DNA of 64,000 nucleotides from Escherichia coli (GCF_002854065.1 NZ_CP024153.1), one strand, 5' to 3'; positions 51,725 to 63,605 are shown, counted from the stretch's first letter. Notes: generated by a model from the sequence alone, not told the origin. Numbers and translations: made by a program.

Positions 51725-52660
51725 GTGAAAGAATTAAGACCACTGAATCGCCACGGATAATCTAGACACTTCCGAGCCGTTGATAATACTGGTTTTCATA
51801 TTCTGTCGGTGACATCTGTTCGCTAGAACCATGCCGACGCTTACTGTTATAAAACATTTCGATGTAATCAAAAATATCACTGCGGGCTTCTTCCCGCGTT
51901 CCGTAGATCTTTTTCTTTATCCGTTCGCGTTTCAACAACTGGAAAAAGCTTTCTGCAACCGCATTATCATGGCAGTTACCGCGACGGCTCATGCTGCCCT
52001 CCAGGCCGTGTGATTTCAGGAACGACTGCCATTCATGGCTTGTGTACTGACTGCCCTGATCCGAATGAACCAGCACCTGTTTTTGGGGATTACGCCGCCA
52101 TACAGCCATCAGCAGTGCGTTCAGGACAATGTCTTTTGTCATCCGGGACTGCATGGACCAGCCGATAATTTTGTGTGAGAACAGATCAACAACCACGGCA
52201 AGATACAGCCAGCCTTCGTGGGTCCTTATGTAGGTTATGTCCGTTACCCAACGCTCATCCGGAGCATCCGGATTGAACTGTCGCTGAAGCCTGTTGGGCG
52301 ACACGATACTGGCCTCGCCTTTACGAGCCCGCGGGCTCCGGTATCCGACCTGAGCCTTTATCCCGATACGTTTCATCAGTCGCCAGACTCTGTTCACTCC
52401 GCACTGTTGCCCGCTGTCCCGCAGATCTAAATGGATTTTGCGATAACCATAGACGCATCCCGATTCCAGCCAGAACTGTTTAATCTGTCCTGTCAGTCTC
52501 AGGTCTGCCTGATGGCGTTGTGAATGCGGCTGCTGAAGCCAGGCGTAAAAACCACTGGGATGAACATCCAGCACCCGACAGAGCAGGCGAACAGGCCAGC
52601 AACAGGTGTTTTCACGGATAAAGGCGTACCTCAGTCGGACAGCTTTGCGAAGTACGCCGC
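51725..52660 (-). mobile_element. IS3-family element, partial (orfB intact, orfA 3' end only; interrupted by IS30)
   Basis: orfB ORF plus upstream orfA tail ...AAYFAKLSD; upstream part replaced at 52661 by IS30; right boundary approximate. Confidence 0.7.
51762..52574 (-). CDS. IS3-family transposase OrfB (DDE integrase domain)
   Basis: 270-aa ORF ...DERWVTDITYIRTHEGWLYLAVVVDLFS...HSDQGSQYTS... Confidence 0.88.
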   Translation of the reverse strand: MLDVHPSGFYAWLQQPHSQRHQADLRLTGQIKQFWLESGCVYGYRKIHLDLRDSGQQCGVNRVWRLMKRIGIKAQVGYRSPRARKGEASIVSPNRLQRQFNPDAPDERWVTDITYIRTHEGWLYLAVVVDLFSHKIIGWSMQSRMTKDIVLNALLMAVWRRNPQKQVLVHSDQGSQYTSHEWQSFLKSHGLEGSMSRRGNCHDNAVAESFFQLLKRERIKKKIYGTREEARSDIFDYIEMFYNSKRRHGSSEQMSPTEYENQYYQRLGSV

Positions 52661-53881
52661 TGTAGATTCAATCTGTCAATGCAACACCCCTTTCAATTAT
52701 CTCTTTCGGTGTTTTGAACTTCAGTGTCTTTCTCGGTCTGTTGTTTAGCTGAGCAGCAACCAGATCTAGTTCATGTTGAGTATATTGGGCAAGACATGTC
52801 TTTTTAGGAAAGTACTGCCGAATTAGCCCATTTGTGTTCTCATTTGTTCCCCGCTGCCAAGGACTCTGAGGATCGCAGAAGTAAACTTTAACGCCGGTGC
52901 TGACAGTAAATTCTAGATGTCTGGCCAGTTCCATTCCTCTGTCCCATGTCAGTGATTTTCTGAGTTCTGACGGTAAACTCAGGAATTTGTCGGTAAGAGC
53001 CTGATTTACTGAGACAGAATCTTTGCCCCTGAGTCTAAGGATGATCGTATAACGTGATTTTCGGTCTACAAGTGTGGCTATATGAGAGTTTTTTGTACCT
53101 GAGACTAAATCGCCCTCCCAATGCCCCAGAGAGCGTCTGTTATCGATATTTCGGGAACGTTCGTGAATTGGTGTTCCGTTCACTATGTTAATCGTACCTC
53201 TTTCGCCTTTGCGGGTATGACGCCTGCCATGGCGAAGGCTATGCGACCGTCGCAGATGCTGTATATTCAGGTGGTGTAGCGCTTCACGGCTACGAAAGTA
53301 CAGCGTTTTATAAATTGTCTCAGGTGATATTCGCAGCGTTTTTTGACGTGGTTTTGTTCGCCTTAACCATCCTGATATTTGCTCTGGAGACCATTTCATC
53401 TCCAGCTTTTCCAGAACAAGCTTTCGCAATGGTAAATTTTGATCCAGTAAGCACGGTTTTGGCCTTTTCGCCATTCTGTTGGCTCGGTTATTAGCATCAA
53501 CAGCTTTGTAATAGCGTCTGCCCCGATTACGCTGAACTTCACGTGAGATCGTCGAAGGACTGCGATTCAGCGCAGTAGCTATCGCACGAATGCTCATTTT
53601 GGCTGACAAACCAGCTCGTATCTCCTCGCGCTCAGACAGTGTCAGGTGAGCTACAGCCCGCTTACGCTCATGGGGTTTTATGCCGCCAGTATCCCTTAAC
53701 ATAGTGAAGATCGTTCCGGGTTTTGAACCCAGGATATTCGCTATTTCACTGAAGCCTGTTCCGTTCTTCCATAGTTCAAAAACAGAGGCTTTTTCCTCTG
53801 CTGTAAATGTTCATCTCATTCAAAAAACCTCCGCAACCCCATGTTTTCACATAACTGTTGCGTTGACCAATTGAATCTACA
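52661..53881 (-). mobile_element. IS30 (1221 bp)
   Basis: terminal repeats TGTAGATTCAAT... at both ends in inverted orientation; IS30 transposase. Confidence 0.92.
52668..53819 (-). pseudogene. IS30 transposase gene with TGA at codon 3 (ATG AGA TGA); ORF restarts at Met39
   Basis: reverse complement of 53811-53819 reads ATGAGATGA; ORF track shows only the 344-aa piece from MLRDTGG. Confidence 0.85.
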
Positions 53882-54970
53882 GGGCGGATTTCCACACAGC
53901 ACCGGCGCCCGGCAAGGTGGGCCGATTTCCACACAGCACCGGTGCGCGGCAAGGTGGGCCGATTTCCACACAGCACCGGCGCCCGGCAAGGTGGGCTGAT
54001 TCCCACACGGCACCGGCGCCCGGCAAGGTGGGCGGATTTCCACACAGCACCGGCGCGCGGCAAGGTGGGCTGATTCCCACACGGCACCGGCGCCCGGTAA
54101 GGTGGGCGGATTTCCACACGGCACCGGCGCCCGGTAAGGTGGGCGGATTTCCACACAGCACCGGCGCCCGGCAAGGTGGGCTGATTCCCACACGGCACCG
54201 GCGTCCGGTAAGGTGGGCGGATTTCCACACAGCACCGGCGCGCGGCAAGGTGGGCCGATTTCCACACGGCACCGGCGCCCGGCAAGGTGGGCGGATTTCC
54301 ACACGGCACCGGCGCCCGGTAAGGTGGGCTGATTCCCACACGGCACCGGCGCCCGGCAAGGTGGGCTGATTCCCACACGGCACCGGCGCCCGGTAAGGTG
54401 GGCGGATTTCCACACAGCACCGGCGCGCGGCAAGGTGGGCTGATTCCCACACGGCACCGGCGTCCGGTAAGGTGGGCGGATTTCCACACAGCACCGGCGC
54501 GCGGCAAGGTGGGCTGATTCCCACACGGCACCGGCGCCCGGTAAGGTGGGCGGATTTCCACACGGCACCGGCGCCCGGCAAGGTGGGCTGATTCCCACAC
54601 GGCACCGGCGCCCGGCAAGGTGGGCTGATTCCCACACGGCACCGGCGCCCGGTAAGGTGGGCTGATTCCCACACAGCACCGGCGCCCGGCAAGGTGGGCT
54701 GATTCCCACACGGCACCGGCGCCCGGCAAAGTGGGCGGATTTCCACACAGCACCGGCGCCCGGTAAGGTGGGCGGATTTCCACACAGCACCGGCGCCCGG
54801 CAAGGTGGGCTGATTCCCACACGGCACCGGCGCCCGGTAAGGTGGGCGGATTTCCACACAGCACCGGCGCGCGGCAAGGTGGGCCGATTTCCACACAGCA
54901 CCGGCGCCCGGCAAGGTGGGCGGATTTCCACACAGCACCGGCGCGCGGCAAGGTGGGCCGATTCCCATAT
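53882..54970. repeat. tandem array of ~29 copies of a 37-bp unit (consensus GGGCGGATTTCCACACAGCACCGGCGCCCGGCAAGGT)
   Basis: head-to-tail units without spacers, starting directly at the IS30 end; variant positions co-vary. Confidence 0.9.
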
Positions 54971-55622
54971 CGACATGTATGTAGCTTGTGTTATCCGTGG
55001 ATTGTGCAGCTCAGCTGGTCGTATGGCGGAGTGTCCCCCGTAACCGGCCGCGTGCGGCCGCTAACGCGCAGTACGGCCCCCCCCGTGGGGGACGTGCGGC
55101 AGCTGCGTGGCGGTGAGCGGGATTAGGGCTTTGCAGCTACCGTGTTAAGTTCCCTGGTGTCGCTGAAAGAGTTGATGAACATCCCCCTAAGCGTCAGCAG
55201 CAAGCTGCCGCCGCTAAGTCCCCGGAAATCACGCCCTTTACGTCGTAAACGCCGTAAAGCCCGCTCACCGGGGTTAAAAGGGATTACTTTGACTTCTTCA
55301 TTGCTGTTCGCGAGTTAAGGCTAATCAGGGCAGGGGGTAGGGTGGCAGAATTTATAGCCCGGCAACGGGCTACGCCGGGCTTTCGGCGCCATTTTACAAC
55401 ACAGACACATGTAACCTCATCTGGCGCCTCCATGCCGCTGACGCGGCATTCAGAAGCTTCCCAATGCTGTAGGTTTTAACATCTGCTTTATGTCAGAAGC
55501 GGATGGTTCAGAAGCCAGCAGTTTCCAATAACAGATATAGTATCGAACCGGATACTCATGATTTTTGGGTGACGCTGCCAACTTACTGATTTAGTGTATG
55601 ATGGTGTTTTTGAGGTGCTCCA

Positions 55623-55899
55623 GTGGCTTCTGTTTCTATCAGCTGTCCCTCCTGTTCAGCTACTGACCGGGGTGGTGCGTAACGGCAAAAGCACTGCCGG
55701 ACATCAGCGCTATCTCTGCTCTCACTGCCGTAAAACATGGCAACTGCAGTTCACTTACACCGCTTCTCAACCCGGTACGCACCAGAAAATCATTGATATG
55801 GCCATGAATGGCGTTGGATGCCGGGCAACTGCCCGCATTATGGGCGTTAGCCTCAACACGATTTTACGTCACTTAAAAAACTCAGGCCGCAGTCGGTAA
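55623..55899 (+). pseudogene. insA: IS1 insA with 1-bp insertion (extra C at CTGACCGGGG) shifting the frame after codon 15
   Basis: GTG-initiated frame reads [15 protein letters not shown] then stops; the remainder of InsA is in the +1 frame (ORF 55594..55899). Confidence 0.6.
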
Positions 55900-55943
55900 C
55901 CTCGCGCATACAGCCGGGCAGTGACGTCATCGTCTGCGCGGAA

Positions 55944-56321
55944 ATGGACGAACAGTGGGGATACGTCGGGGCTAAATCGCGCCAGCGCTGGCTGTTTTAC
56001 GCGTATGACAGGCTCCGGAAGACGGTTGATGCGCACGTATTCGGTGAACGCACTATGGCGACGCTGGGGCGTCTTATGAGCCTGCTGTCACCCTTTGACG
56101 TGGTGATATGGATGACGGATGGCTGGCCGCTATATGAATCCCGCCTGAAGGGAAAGCTGCACGTAATCAGCAAGCGATATACGCAGCGAATTGAGCGGCA
56201 TAACCTGAATCTGAGGCAGCACCTGGCACGGCTGGGACGGAAGTCGCTGTCGTTCTCAAAATCGGTGGAGCTGCATGACAAAGTCATCGGGCATTATCTG
56301 AACATAAAACACTATCAATAA
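55944..56321 (+). CDS. insB: IS1 insB reading frame
   Basis: 125-aa [25 protein letters not shown]... Confidence 0.75.
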   Translation: MDEQWGYVGAKSRQRWLFYAYDRLRKTVDAHVFGERTMATLGRLMSLLSPFDVVIWMTDGWPLYESRLKGKLHVISKRYTQRIERHNLNLRQHLARLGRKSLSFSKSVELHDKVIGHYLNIKHYQ

Positions 56322-57210
<889 letters not shown>

Positions 57211-57349
57211 TCCCAACAGAGTTTTCACCATCGCCTGTAACAGCCGTCCTGCTGCGTGATTACTCCGCTCAACGGGTTGCTGGCGACAAGTCAATACCTG
57301 TTCGTGACAGGTATTGATTGAACCGTTGTCCCTAACTAATAATGTGCCG

Positions 57350-57560
57350 ACGATGCAGGTGGGACCGTGGTCCCAGGGAGATAACCTGACCGGCGATACA
57401 GGTGGGACCGTGGTCCCAGGGAGATAACCTGACCGGCGATACAGGTGGGACCGTGGTCCCAGGGAGATAACCTGACCGGCGATACAGGTGGGACCGTGGT
57501 CCCAGGGAGATAACCTGAGCGGCGATACAGATGGGACCGTGGTCCCAGAGAGAATATTCA
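57350..57560. repeat. sopC: sopC-like centromere: four 43-bp direct repeats plus one degenerate unit
   Basis: 43-bp unit CGATACAGGTGGGACCGTGGTCCCAGGGAGATAACCTGACCGG with internal dyad GGGACC-GT-GGTCCC, downstream of sopB. Confidence 0.85.
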
Positions 57561-57636
57561 GGCCAGTTATGTTTTCTGGCCTGTGAGAAAGGAAATGAAG
57601 TAAAGGGAGATCACCGTAGACTAAAGCGTGTCCGCA

Positions 57637-58608
57637 TCAGACTCCTGGTTTCTCAAGCTCCTTAAGAATGGCTTCTATTTTCTCTATACACTCCGCAGGA
57701 ATGCGGGACCTATCCAGGTTAAGCACCATTTTATCGCCCTTATACAATGCTGTTGCCCCTGGAGCAAACTGATGACGTGAGCTCAGATTAACTCTTGATG
57801 CGGGGGATTGTTTCAGTACGGATGTTAAAAGACTAATGACCTCTTCAGCTTCAAAGATTAGTCCCGCTTTCTTCTGATCGTGGAGAGTCTCAGCCTGCTG
57901 CTTCAGTAATTCTTCTTTATCTGCAAAAGCCTTCTGAAGGGCTTCACCTGACCGGGCAGACAGTTCTCCAGGATGTGCAAACAGGGCAACAACGGATTTA
58001 GGCAATTTGGCCGTATTGATACAGCGGGTAATGATCTTACGAGAGATGTTTTCCGCATCGGCAAGCGCAGAAATATTTCCTGCAAACTCATTCTGCAGCC
58101 GGCTTGTATAACGCAGGCCACGTTCATAAGCACTCGTCGGCCGATAATCGTTACCCAGTCGGGACAATGCAGCCATCTGCTCATCGTCCAGTTCACCAAC
58201 CAGAACGCGATAATCACTTTCCGTCAGGATTGCGGCTTTACGGCGACGGCTGCCGTCGGCAATTTCTATGACATCAGAAACCCGGCGGCCGAAAGCTGGA
58301 GTCTGCTGACCGGTCAGTAAAAATGAAGGAATGAGATCATCCAGAGCATCTTCGGTAAGTAGTTCCTGATCGCGCTCATTGCCTGACCATACGCGTGAAG
58401 CGCTCTCAACAGAGTCTCCCCGGAGCACCTCAAGGGTAAATTTTACTTCCCGTCCACATACCGGAAGAGAGATTGCATTACCGCGGGCCATAGCACCCAC
58501 GCGCGCAATTAATGAATCCACCATCGGCGCGGCCGGCGCCGGTGATGAAGTATCTTCAGTCGATTGAGTATGTGTGGTATGTCTTGGAATGACAGGAGCA
58601 CGCTTCAT
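57637..58608 (-). CDS. sopB: partition centromere-binding protein SopB (ParB family)
   Basis: 323-aa [14 protein letters not shown]..., ParB-type HTH. Confidence 0.9.
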   Translation of the reverse strand: MKRAPVIPRHTTHTQSTEDTSSPAPAAPMVDSLIARVGAMARGNAISLPVCGREVKFTLEVLRGDSVESASRVWSGNERDQELLTEDALDDLIPSFLLTGQQTPAFGRRVSDVIEIADGSRRRKAAILTESDYRVLVGELDDEQMAALSRLGNDYRPTSAYERGLRYTSRLQNEFAGNISALADAENISRKIITRCINTAKLPKSVVALFAHPGELSARSGEALQKAFADKEELLKQQAETLHDQKKAGLIFEAEEVISLLTSVLKQSPASRVNLSSRHQFAPGATALYKGDKMVLNLDRSRIPAECIEKIEAILKELEKPGV

Positions 58609-59783
58609 TATCTAATCTCCCAGCGTGGTTTAATCAGACGATCAAAAATCTCATTGCAAACAGGCTCCCAGATAGAGAGGGCATTACGCCAGGCACCGGT
58701 TGAAGAACGTTGATCAATAGCCTGTTCAAAAACGGTTCTCATACGGATCTGACCTTTACCGACTTCATCCGTTTCGCGCACAACATTTTTAAGGACCATG
58801 CTTCCCCAGGCATCCCGAATTTGTTCTTCCATCCACGGGGACTGTGAGCCATTATTATTACTGTATTTGGTAAGCAGAATACGGACATCTGGCTCGAAGC
58901 CTTTAAGATCCACGTTCTTAAGCAGGTCACGAAGCATATCGAAAAACTGCAGTGCGGAGGTGTAGTCGAACAGCTCTGCCGGAGTAGGGACAATCAGAAC
59001 ATCAGCAGCGCATACAACATTTATCGTACCGATACCAAGGTTAGGTGCACTGTCGATAACTATCACGTCATAATCATGAGCGACAGTTTCAATGGCCAGA
59101 CGGAGCATCAGGTGCGGGTCAGCAGGTAATTTGCCTTCGTCAAATTTCCCCATCAGCTCGGTTTCAATGCGGTGCAGTGCCAGACAGGACGGGATGATAT
59201 CAAGGCCAGGCCAGCAGGTGGGCTTTATAGCGTAGCTGGCGTCATCCTTTTCCCCAAGATAAAAGGGTAGGAGAGTGTCCTCAGCATGAATATGAAGATC
59301 GGGCACCCATCCGTGATACATAGAAGCAGTTCCCTGTGGGTCATTGCCTTCAACAAGCAGAACACGGAGTCCTTTCAGAGCAAGATCCTGAGCCAGGTGA
59401 ACGGATACTGAGGTTTTGTAAACACCACCTTTGTGAGCTGCAACGCCAATCACCGGCGGAAACGCATCTTCAGCACGGCGCAGTCGTGTACCAAATACAT
59501 CCCGCATGTGATTGATTTGTTCGATGGTATAACCAACGCGTTGCTCAACTCTCCCACGGGTTTCCATATCAGGGTGCGGCAGCCGGCCAGCTTTCTCGGC
59601 ATCCCTGATAGCCTGAGATGACACGCCAACTAAATCTGCCGCTTCACCAATCCTCCAGCGCCGGGTTATTTTCCGGGCTTCCGGACTGTCATCATTAAAC
59701 TGTGCAATGGCGATTGCTTTCGTCATTTCATGACCAGCACTTATGCACTGGTTGAGTGTATCCATGAGTCCCATACTGAACAT
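58608..59783 (-). CDS. sopA: partition ATPase SopA (ParA family)
   Basis: 391-aa ORF with deviant Walker [14 protein letters not shown]. Confidence 0.9.
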   Translation of the reverse strand: MFSMGLMDTLNQCISAGHEMTKAIAIAQFNDDSPEARKITRRWRIGEAADLVGVSSQAIRDAEKAGRLPHPDMETRGRVEQRVGYTIEQINHMRDVFGTRLRRAEDAFPPVIGVAAHKGGVYKTSVSVHLAQDLALKGLRVLLVEGNDPQGTASMYHGWVPDLHIHAEDTLLPFYLGEKDDASYAIKPTCWPGLDIIPSCLALHRIETELMGKFDEGKLPADPHLMLRLAIETVAHDYDVIVIDSAPNLGIGTINVVCAADVLIVPTPAELFDYTSALQFFDMLRDLLKNVDLKGFEPDVRILLTKYSNNNGSQSPWMEEQIRDAWGSMVLKNVVRETDEVGKGQIRMRTVFEQAIDQRSSTGAWRNALSIWEPVCNEIFDRLIKPRWEIR

Positions 59784-59914
59784 CCTTTAACCATCACTTT
59801 GCATTATTTTATTAAATCTTGGAATTTATTGCAAAGCAACAATAAAATCGCAAAGCACACGAAAAAGTGCAAAGTGAACCACATTGGCTAATGAAAGAAC
59901 GCAGGGGATTACAA

Positions 59915-60500
59915 AAGAGTACATACTGCAGTCAATATTAATCACTGCCGCTCGCCGCAGTAAGCGATCTCACAAAGTGAGAAAGCGGCGAGGAAGCGGA
60001 AAATCACAGAACTCACAGATTGCACGTACGTCGGGTTGCTAAAGATGACTCGGGATCAGCCAGTTATAATGAAATTGACTGCGGTATGTAATATATTGAC
60101 TATGGTATGATGCTTACCGCATCTGTAGGAAAGACGACTCAGCATACCGCAGTCAATGTTTCATTGTTGTACCTGTAGATCTCAATCTTCCAGAGCGTAT
60201 TCAGGAAAATCAGGCCAGGGTTCTGGATATCTGGTGTGGCGCTTCCGGCCTTGTATCTGGGTTATTCATGGTCTCGATCCAATAATTGATCCCAAGGAGA
60301 TCATAGTGAGATCCAAAAGAGATCCCCGGATCGCTCCAGCATGCGCTGTAACTGGCTTTAACGTCTGTCTGGATCGACTGCGGAATGTAAAATGTTGACT
60401 GTTATATGCATAATCTAATACTGTGATATGCAACGGTATTTACTGAGGTATGTATATCTGTTGACTGCGATACGTATTACTACATCCTTTTGTGGATAAC
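59915..60500. promoter_or_regulatory. RepFIB upstream region: iteron-like repeats TTGACTRYRGTATG in both orientations, GATC cluster, DnaA box TGTGGATAA at 60491
   Basis: repeats near 59920, 60076, 60096, 60135, 60396, 60461; several GATC in 60170-60340. Confidence 0.6.
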
Positions 60501-60514
60501 CGTTGAGGATCAAG

Positions 60515-61525
60515 ATGACGAGCGAAAATAATAGCTTACTTCTGAACCTTCAGGAAGTTGATAAGACAACCGGTGAAGTTGTTAAGCTGGATGTCAACAG
60601 CACCAGTACCGTGCAGCCAGTAGCGCTCATGAGACTCGGTCTCTTCGTCCCAACTCTGAAATCAACAGGGAAGAGCAAGGCGAACCGGAAAAACGTTACA
60701 GACGCGACTGAGGAGCTTGTACAGCTGTCCATTGCCAAAAGCGAAGGATACACTGACGTTAAGATCACCGGTTCGCGTCTTGATATGGACACGGATTTTA
60801 AAGTCTGGCTGGGGATAATTCGCTCCATGTCGGAGTATGGGGTAAAAAGTGACACCCTGGAACTGTCGTTCGTCGAATTCGTTAAGATGTGCGGATTTGA
60901 CTCCCGTCGTTCAAACAAAAAAATGCGCGATCGCATCAGTAATTCCCTGTTTAAACTCGCCTCGGTTACGCTGAAGTTCCAGAGCGAGACCAAAGGATGG
61001 ACCACCCATCTGGTGCAGTCAGCCTATTATGACATCAACGAGGATATCGTTGAGATCAAGGCTGAACCTAAGCTGTTTGAGCTTTACCACATGGACAGAA
61101 GGGTACTTCTGCGGCTGAAAGCCATTGACGCCCTGCAGCGCAAGGAATCAGCCCAGGCGCTTTATACCTACATCGAAAGTCTTCCCCAGAATCCTGCACC
61201 TATTTCCATGAAACGGATGCGTGACCGGCTGAATCTCACCTCAAATGTCTATACGCAGAACCACACGGTGCGTAAGGCGATGGAGCAGCTGCGGGATATT
61301 GGTTATCTGGATTACACTGAGTTTAAACGTGGCCGAGCCACCTATTTCAGCGTGCATTATCGCAACCCCAAACTCATCAGTGGTCCTGTGAAGGTTCCGC
61401 GCAAAGAGGAAGAAGAGAAGGCGCCAGAGCAAAATTATGACGAAGTCATTAAGGCGCTGAAGGCTGCTGGCATCGATCCCCTTAAACTGGCCGAAGCTCT
61501 CTCAGCGATGAAGCCAGAAAATTGA
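60515..61525 (+). CDS. repB: iteron-dependent replication initiator, RepFIB (RepB) type
   Basis: ORF 60503..61525 (TTG) with ATG at 60515, [21 protein letters not shown]...; further iterons at 61521-61645. Confidence 0.85.
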   Translation: MTSENNSLLLNLQEVDKTTGEVVKLDVNSTSTVQPVALMRLGLFVPTLKSTGKSKANRKNVTDATEELVQLSIAKSEGYTDVKITGSRLDMDTDFKVWLGIIRSMSEYGVKSDTLELSFVEFVKMCGFDSRRSNKKMRDRISNSLFKLASVTLKFQSETKGWTTHLVQSAYYDINEDIVEIKAEPKLFELYHMDRRVLLRLKAIDALQRKESAQALYTYIESLPQNPAPISMKRMRDRLNLTSNVYTQNHTVRKAMEQLRDIGYLDYTEFKRGRATYFSVHYRNPKLISGPVKVPRKEEEEKAPEQNYDEVIKALKAAGIDPLKLAEALSAMKPEN

Positions 61526-61686
61526 CTGTCATATGTGATTTCAGGCCGTGATACGCAGATATTGACTACGGTATGCGGGTTTAACGGCGATATTCCCAGG
61601 TCTGTGCACTGCTCCACACGTGTTAACATGCCACAGTCAATTTTTCAGTAAAGCTCTATACCCCTTACGAAAATCTCAATCGGATG

Positions 61687-62743
61687 GGCTTTGTTGAATA
61701 AATCGAACTTTTGCTGAGTTGAAGGATCAGATCACGTATCTTCCCGACAACGCAGACCGTTCCGTGGCAAAGCAAAAGTTCAAAATCACCAACTGGCCCA
61801 CCTACAATAAAGCCCCCATCAACCGTGGCTCCATAACTTTCTGGCTGGATGATGAAGCTATTCAGGCCTGGTATGAGTCAGCAACACCTTCTTCACGAGG
61901 CAGACCTCAGCGCTATTCTGACCTTGCCATCACGACTGTGCTGGTCATTAAACGCGTATTCAGGCTGACCCTGCGCGCTGCGCAGGGCTTTATTGATTCC
62001 ATTTTTTCTCTGATGAACGTTCCGCTACGCTGCCCGGATTACAGCTGTGTCAGCAGGCGGGCAAAGTCGGTTAATGTCAGTTTCAAAACGCCCACCCGGG
62101 GTGAAATCGCACACCTGGTAATTGATTCCACCGGGCTGAAGGTCTTCGGTGAAGGCGAGTGGAAAGTCAAAAAGCATGGCCAGGAACGCCGCCGTATCTG
62201 GCGTAAGCGGCATCTCGCCGTTGACAGTAAAACACATGAAATCATCTGCGCTGACCTGTCGCTGAACAATGTGACGGACTCAGAAGCCTTCCCGGGTCTT
62301 ATCCGGCAAACTCACAGAAAAATCAGGGCAGCATCGGCAGACGGCGCTTACGACACCCGGCTCTGTCACGATGAACTGCGGCGTAAGAAAATCAGCGCCC
62401 TTATCCCTCCCCGAAAAGGTGCGGGTTACTGGCCCGGTGAATATGCAGACCGTAACCGTGCAGTGGCTAATCAGCGAATGACCGGGAGTAATGCGCGGTG
62501 GAAATGGACAACAGATTACAACCGTCGCTCGATAGCGGAAACGGCGATGTACCGGGTAAAACAGCTGTTCGGGGGTTCACTGACGCTGCGTGACTACGAT
62601 GGTCAGGTTGCGGAGGCTATGGCCCTGGTACGAGCGCTGAACAAAATGACGAAAGCAGGTATGCCTGAAAGCGTGCGTATTGCCTGAAAACACAACCCGC
62701 TACGGGGGAGACTTACCCGAAATCTGATTTATTCAACAAAGCC
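61687..62743 (+). mobile_element. IS903 (1057 bp)
   Basis: 18-bp terminal inverted repeats GGCTTTGTTGAATAAATC at 61687 and complement ending 62743; IS5-family transposase. Confidence 0.9.
61719..62687 (+). CDS. IS903 transposase (IS5 family)
   Basis: ...VAKQKFKITNWPTYNKAPINRGSITFWLDDEAIQAWYE...; likely start at GTG 61764. Confidence 0.88.
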   Translation: MKDQITYLPDNADRSVAKQKFKITNWPTYNKAPINRGSITFWLDDEAIQAWYESATPSSRGRPQRYSDLAITTVLVIKRVFRLTLRAAQGFIDSIFSLMNVPLRCPDYSCVSRRAKSVNVSFKTPTRGEIAHLVIDSTGLKVFGEGEWKVKKHGQERRRIWRKRHLAVDSKTHEIICADLSLNNVTDSEAFPGLIRQTHRKIRAASADGAYDTRLCHDELRRKKISALIPPRKGAGYWPGEYADRNRAVANQRMTGSNARWKWTTDYNRRSIAETAMYRVKQLFGGSLTLRDYDGQVAEAMALVRALNKMTKAGMPESVRIA

Positions 62744-62852
62744 CCGTTGATGCGTCAATACCGTAGGTAAATTTAGCAACTAGAAACCATACCATTATTG
62801 GCGGCAAAGTAATTGCAAATAAAAATGCTAAGCCTCTTTCTCTATCGTCCAT
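62733..62852 (-). CDS. small hydrophobic ORF (39 codons) downstream of the RHH gene, C-terminus fused into the IS903 end
   Basis: MDDRERGLAFLFAITLPPIMVWFL... begins 1 nt after the upstream stop; stop codon lies inside the IS903 inverted repeat. Confidence 0.25.
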   Translation of the reverse strand: MDDRERGLAFLFAITLPPIMVWFLVAKFTYGIDASTGLC

Positions 62853-62853
62853 T

Positions 62854-63270
62854 TCAGCGCTCCTTTTTTGGTTCCCAGACTTTATAGCCGTTACGTTCAA
62901 CCTCTGCTTTTGCCGCTTTGGTTTTACCCGGTTCTGCTATCGAACGTAGGAGGATCAGCGTTTCAATAGCGAGTGATTCATGCAACATCATCTGTCCTGC
63001 CGGTGGGAATGTTACGCCAGATAGCGTTTCGGTTATTGCCTTCAGCTCATCGCGCAGTGAGCCAAAATCCGCATCTGAAGCACGGTCAAAAAGGTAATCC
63101 AGTTTGCGATTTACGTCGCTCAGCTGGTTGGTAACTATTTTCAACCCGGACTCCAGATCACCTGGGCCAGCTTCAAGGCAGCGCCGCAGATACTCTGACC
63201 GATTACCACCTGAAACCTGGTCTATATAGGCCAAAAGTTCATCTGATACTTTTGCGGTTATTGTTGGCAT
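62854..63270 (-). CDS. ribbon-helix-helix-like protein (138 aa)
   Basis: N-terminus MPTITAKVSDELLAYIDQVSGGNRSEYLRRCLE resembles RHH DNA-binding fold. Confidence 0.45.
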   Translation of the reverse strand: MPTITAKVSDELLAYIDQVSGGNRSEYLRRCLEAGPGDLESGLKIVTNQLSDVNRKLDYLFDRASDADFGSLRDELKAITETLSGVTFPPAGQMMLHESLAIETLILLRSIAEPGKTKAAKAEVERNGYKVWEPKKER

Positions 63271-63570
63271 TCAGCCCTCACTTTGTGCATTTTTTAAACG
63301 AAAAAAGGGTGTCTAATACGGTGAAATCATAGTATTACCAAAGTAATAAATAAAAAATGTTTTAAATCAGTAAGTTAGATTAGATTTGTAATACCTGGGT
63401 AATACCGCAGCATGATTAAACTTGGTTTTTTTCTTTTAAATCAGTGAGATAGCGTGATTTATCACGCTGCGTTAGGTGTATAGCAGGTAACGGGATAAAA
63501 AATCATCTTTTTTTGGTAGGGCGATCACCGTAGGTTAAGGGTCATTTGGCTAAAAAGCGTCCTATTCTTT

Positions 63571-63594
63571 GATGGTCATGCTTGCATGACCATC
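63571..63594. promoter_or_regulatory. perfect palindrome GATGGTCATG-CTTG-CATGACCATC
   Basis: 10-bp arms, 4-bp spacer, read from sequence. Confidence 0.6.
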
Positions 63595-63605
63595 TGAGCA
63601 ACCAA

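Noticed and set aside
53882..54970. CRISPR array
   Set aside because: Units are contiguous with no unique spacers, and no cas genes are present; the same applies to the 43-bp sopC repeats at 57350-57560.
53776..54976. Three long overlapping minus-strand ORFs (363-391 aa) and several plus-strand ORFs across the 37-bp array
   Set aside because: They arise because a 37-bp unit (not a multiple of 3) lacking stop codons is open in every frame; the translations are periodic and low-complexity with no start context. Treated as non-coding repeat.
60156..60398. 80-aa ORF upstream of repB
   Set aside because: Lies within the iteron/GATC-rich origin region of the RepFIB replicon; more plausibly regulatory DNA.
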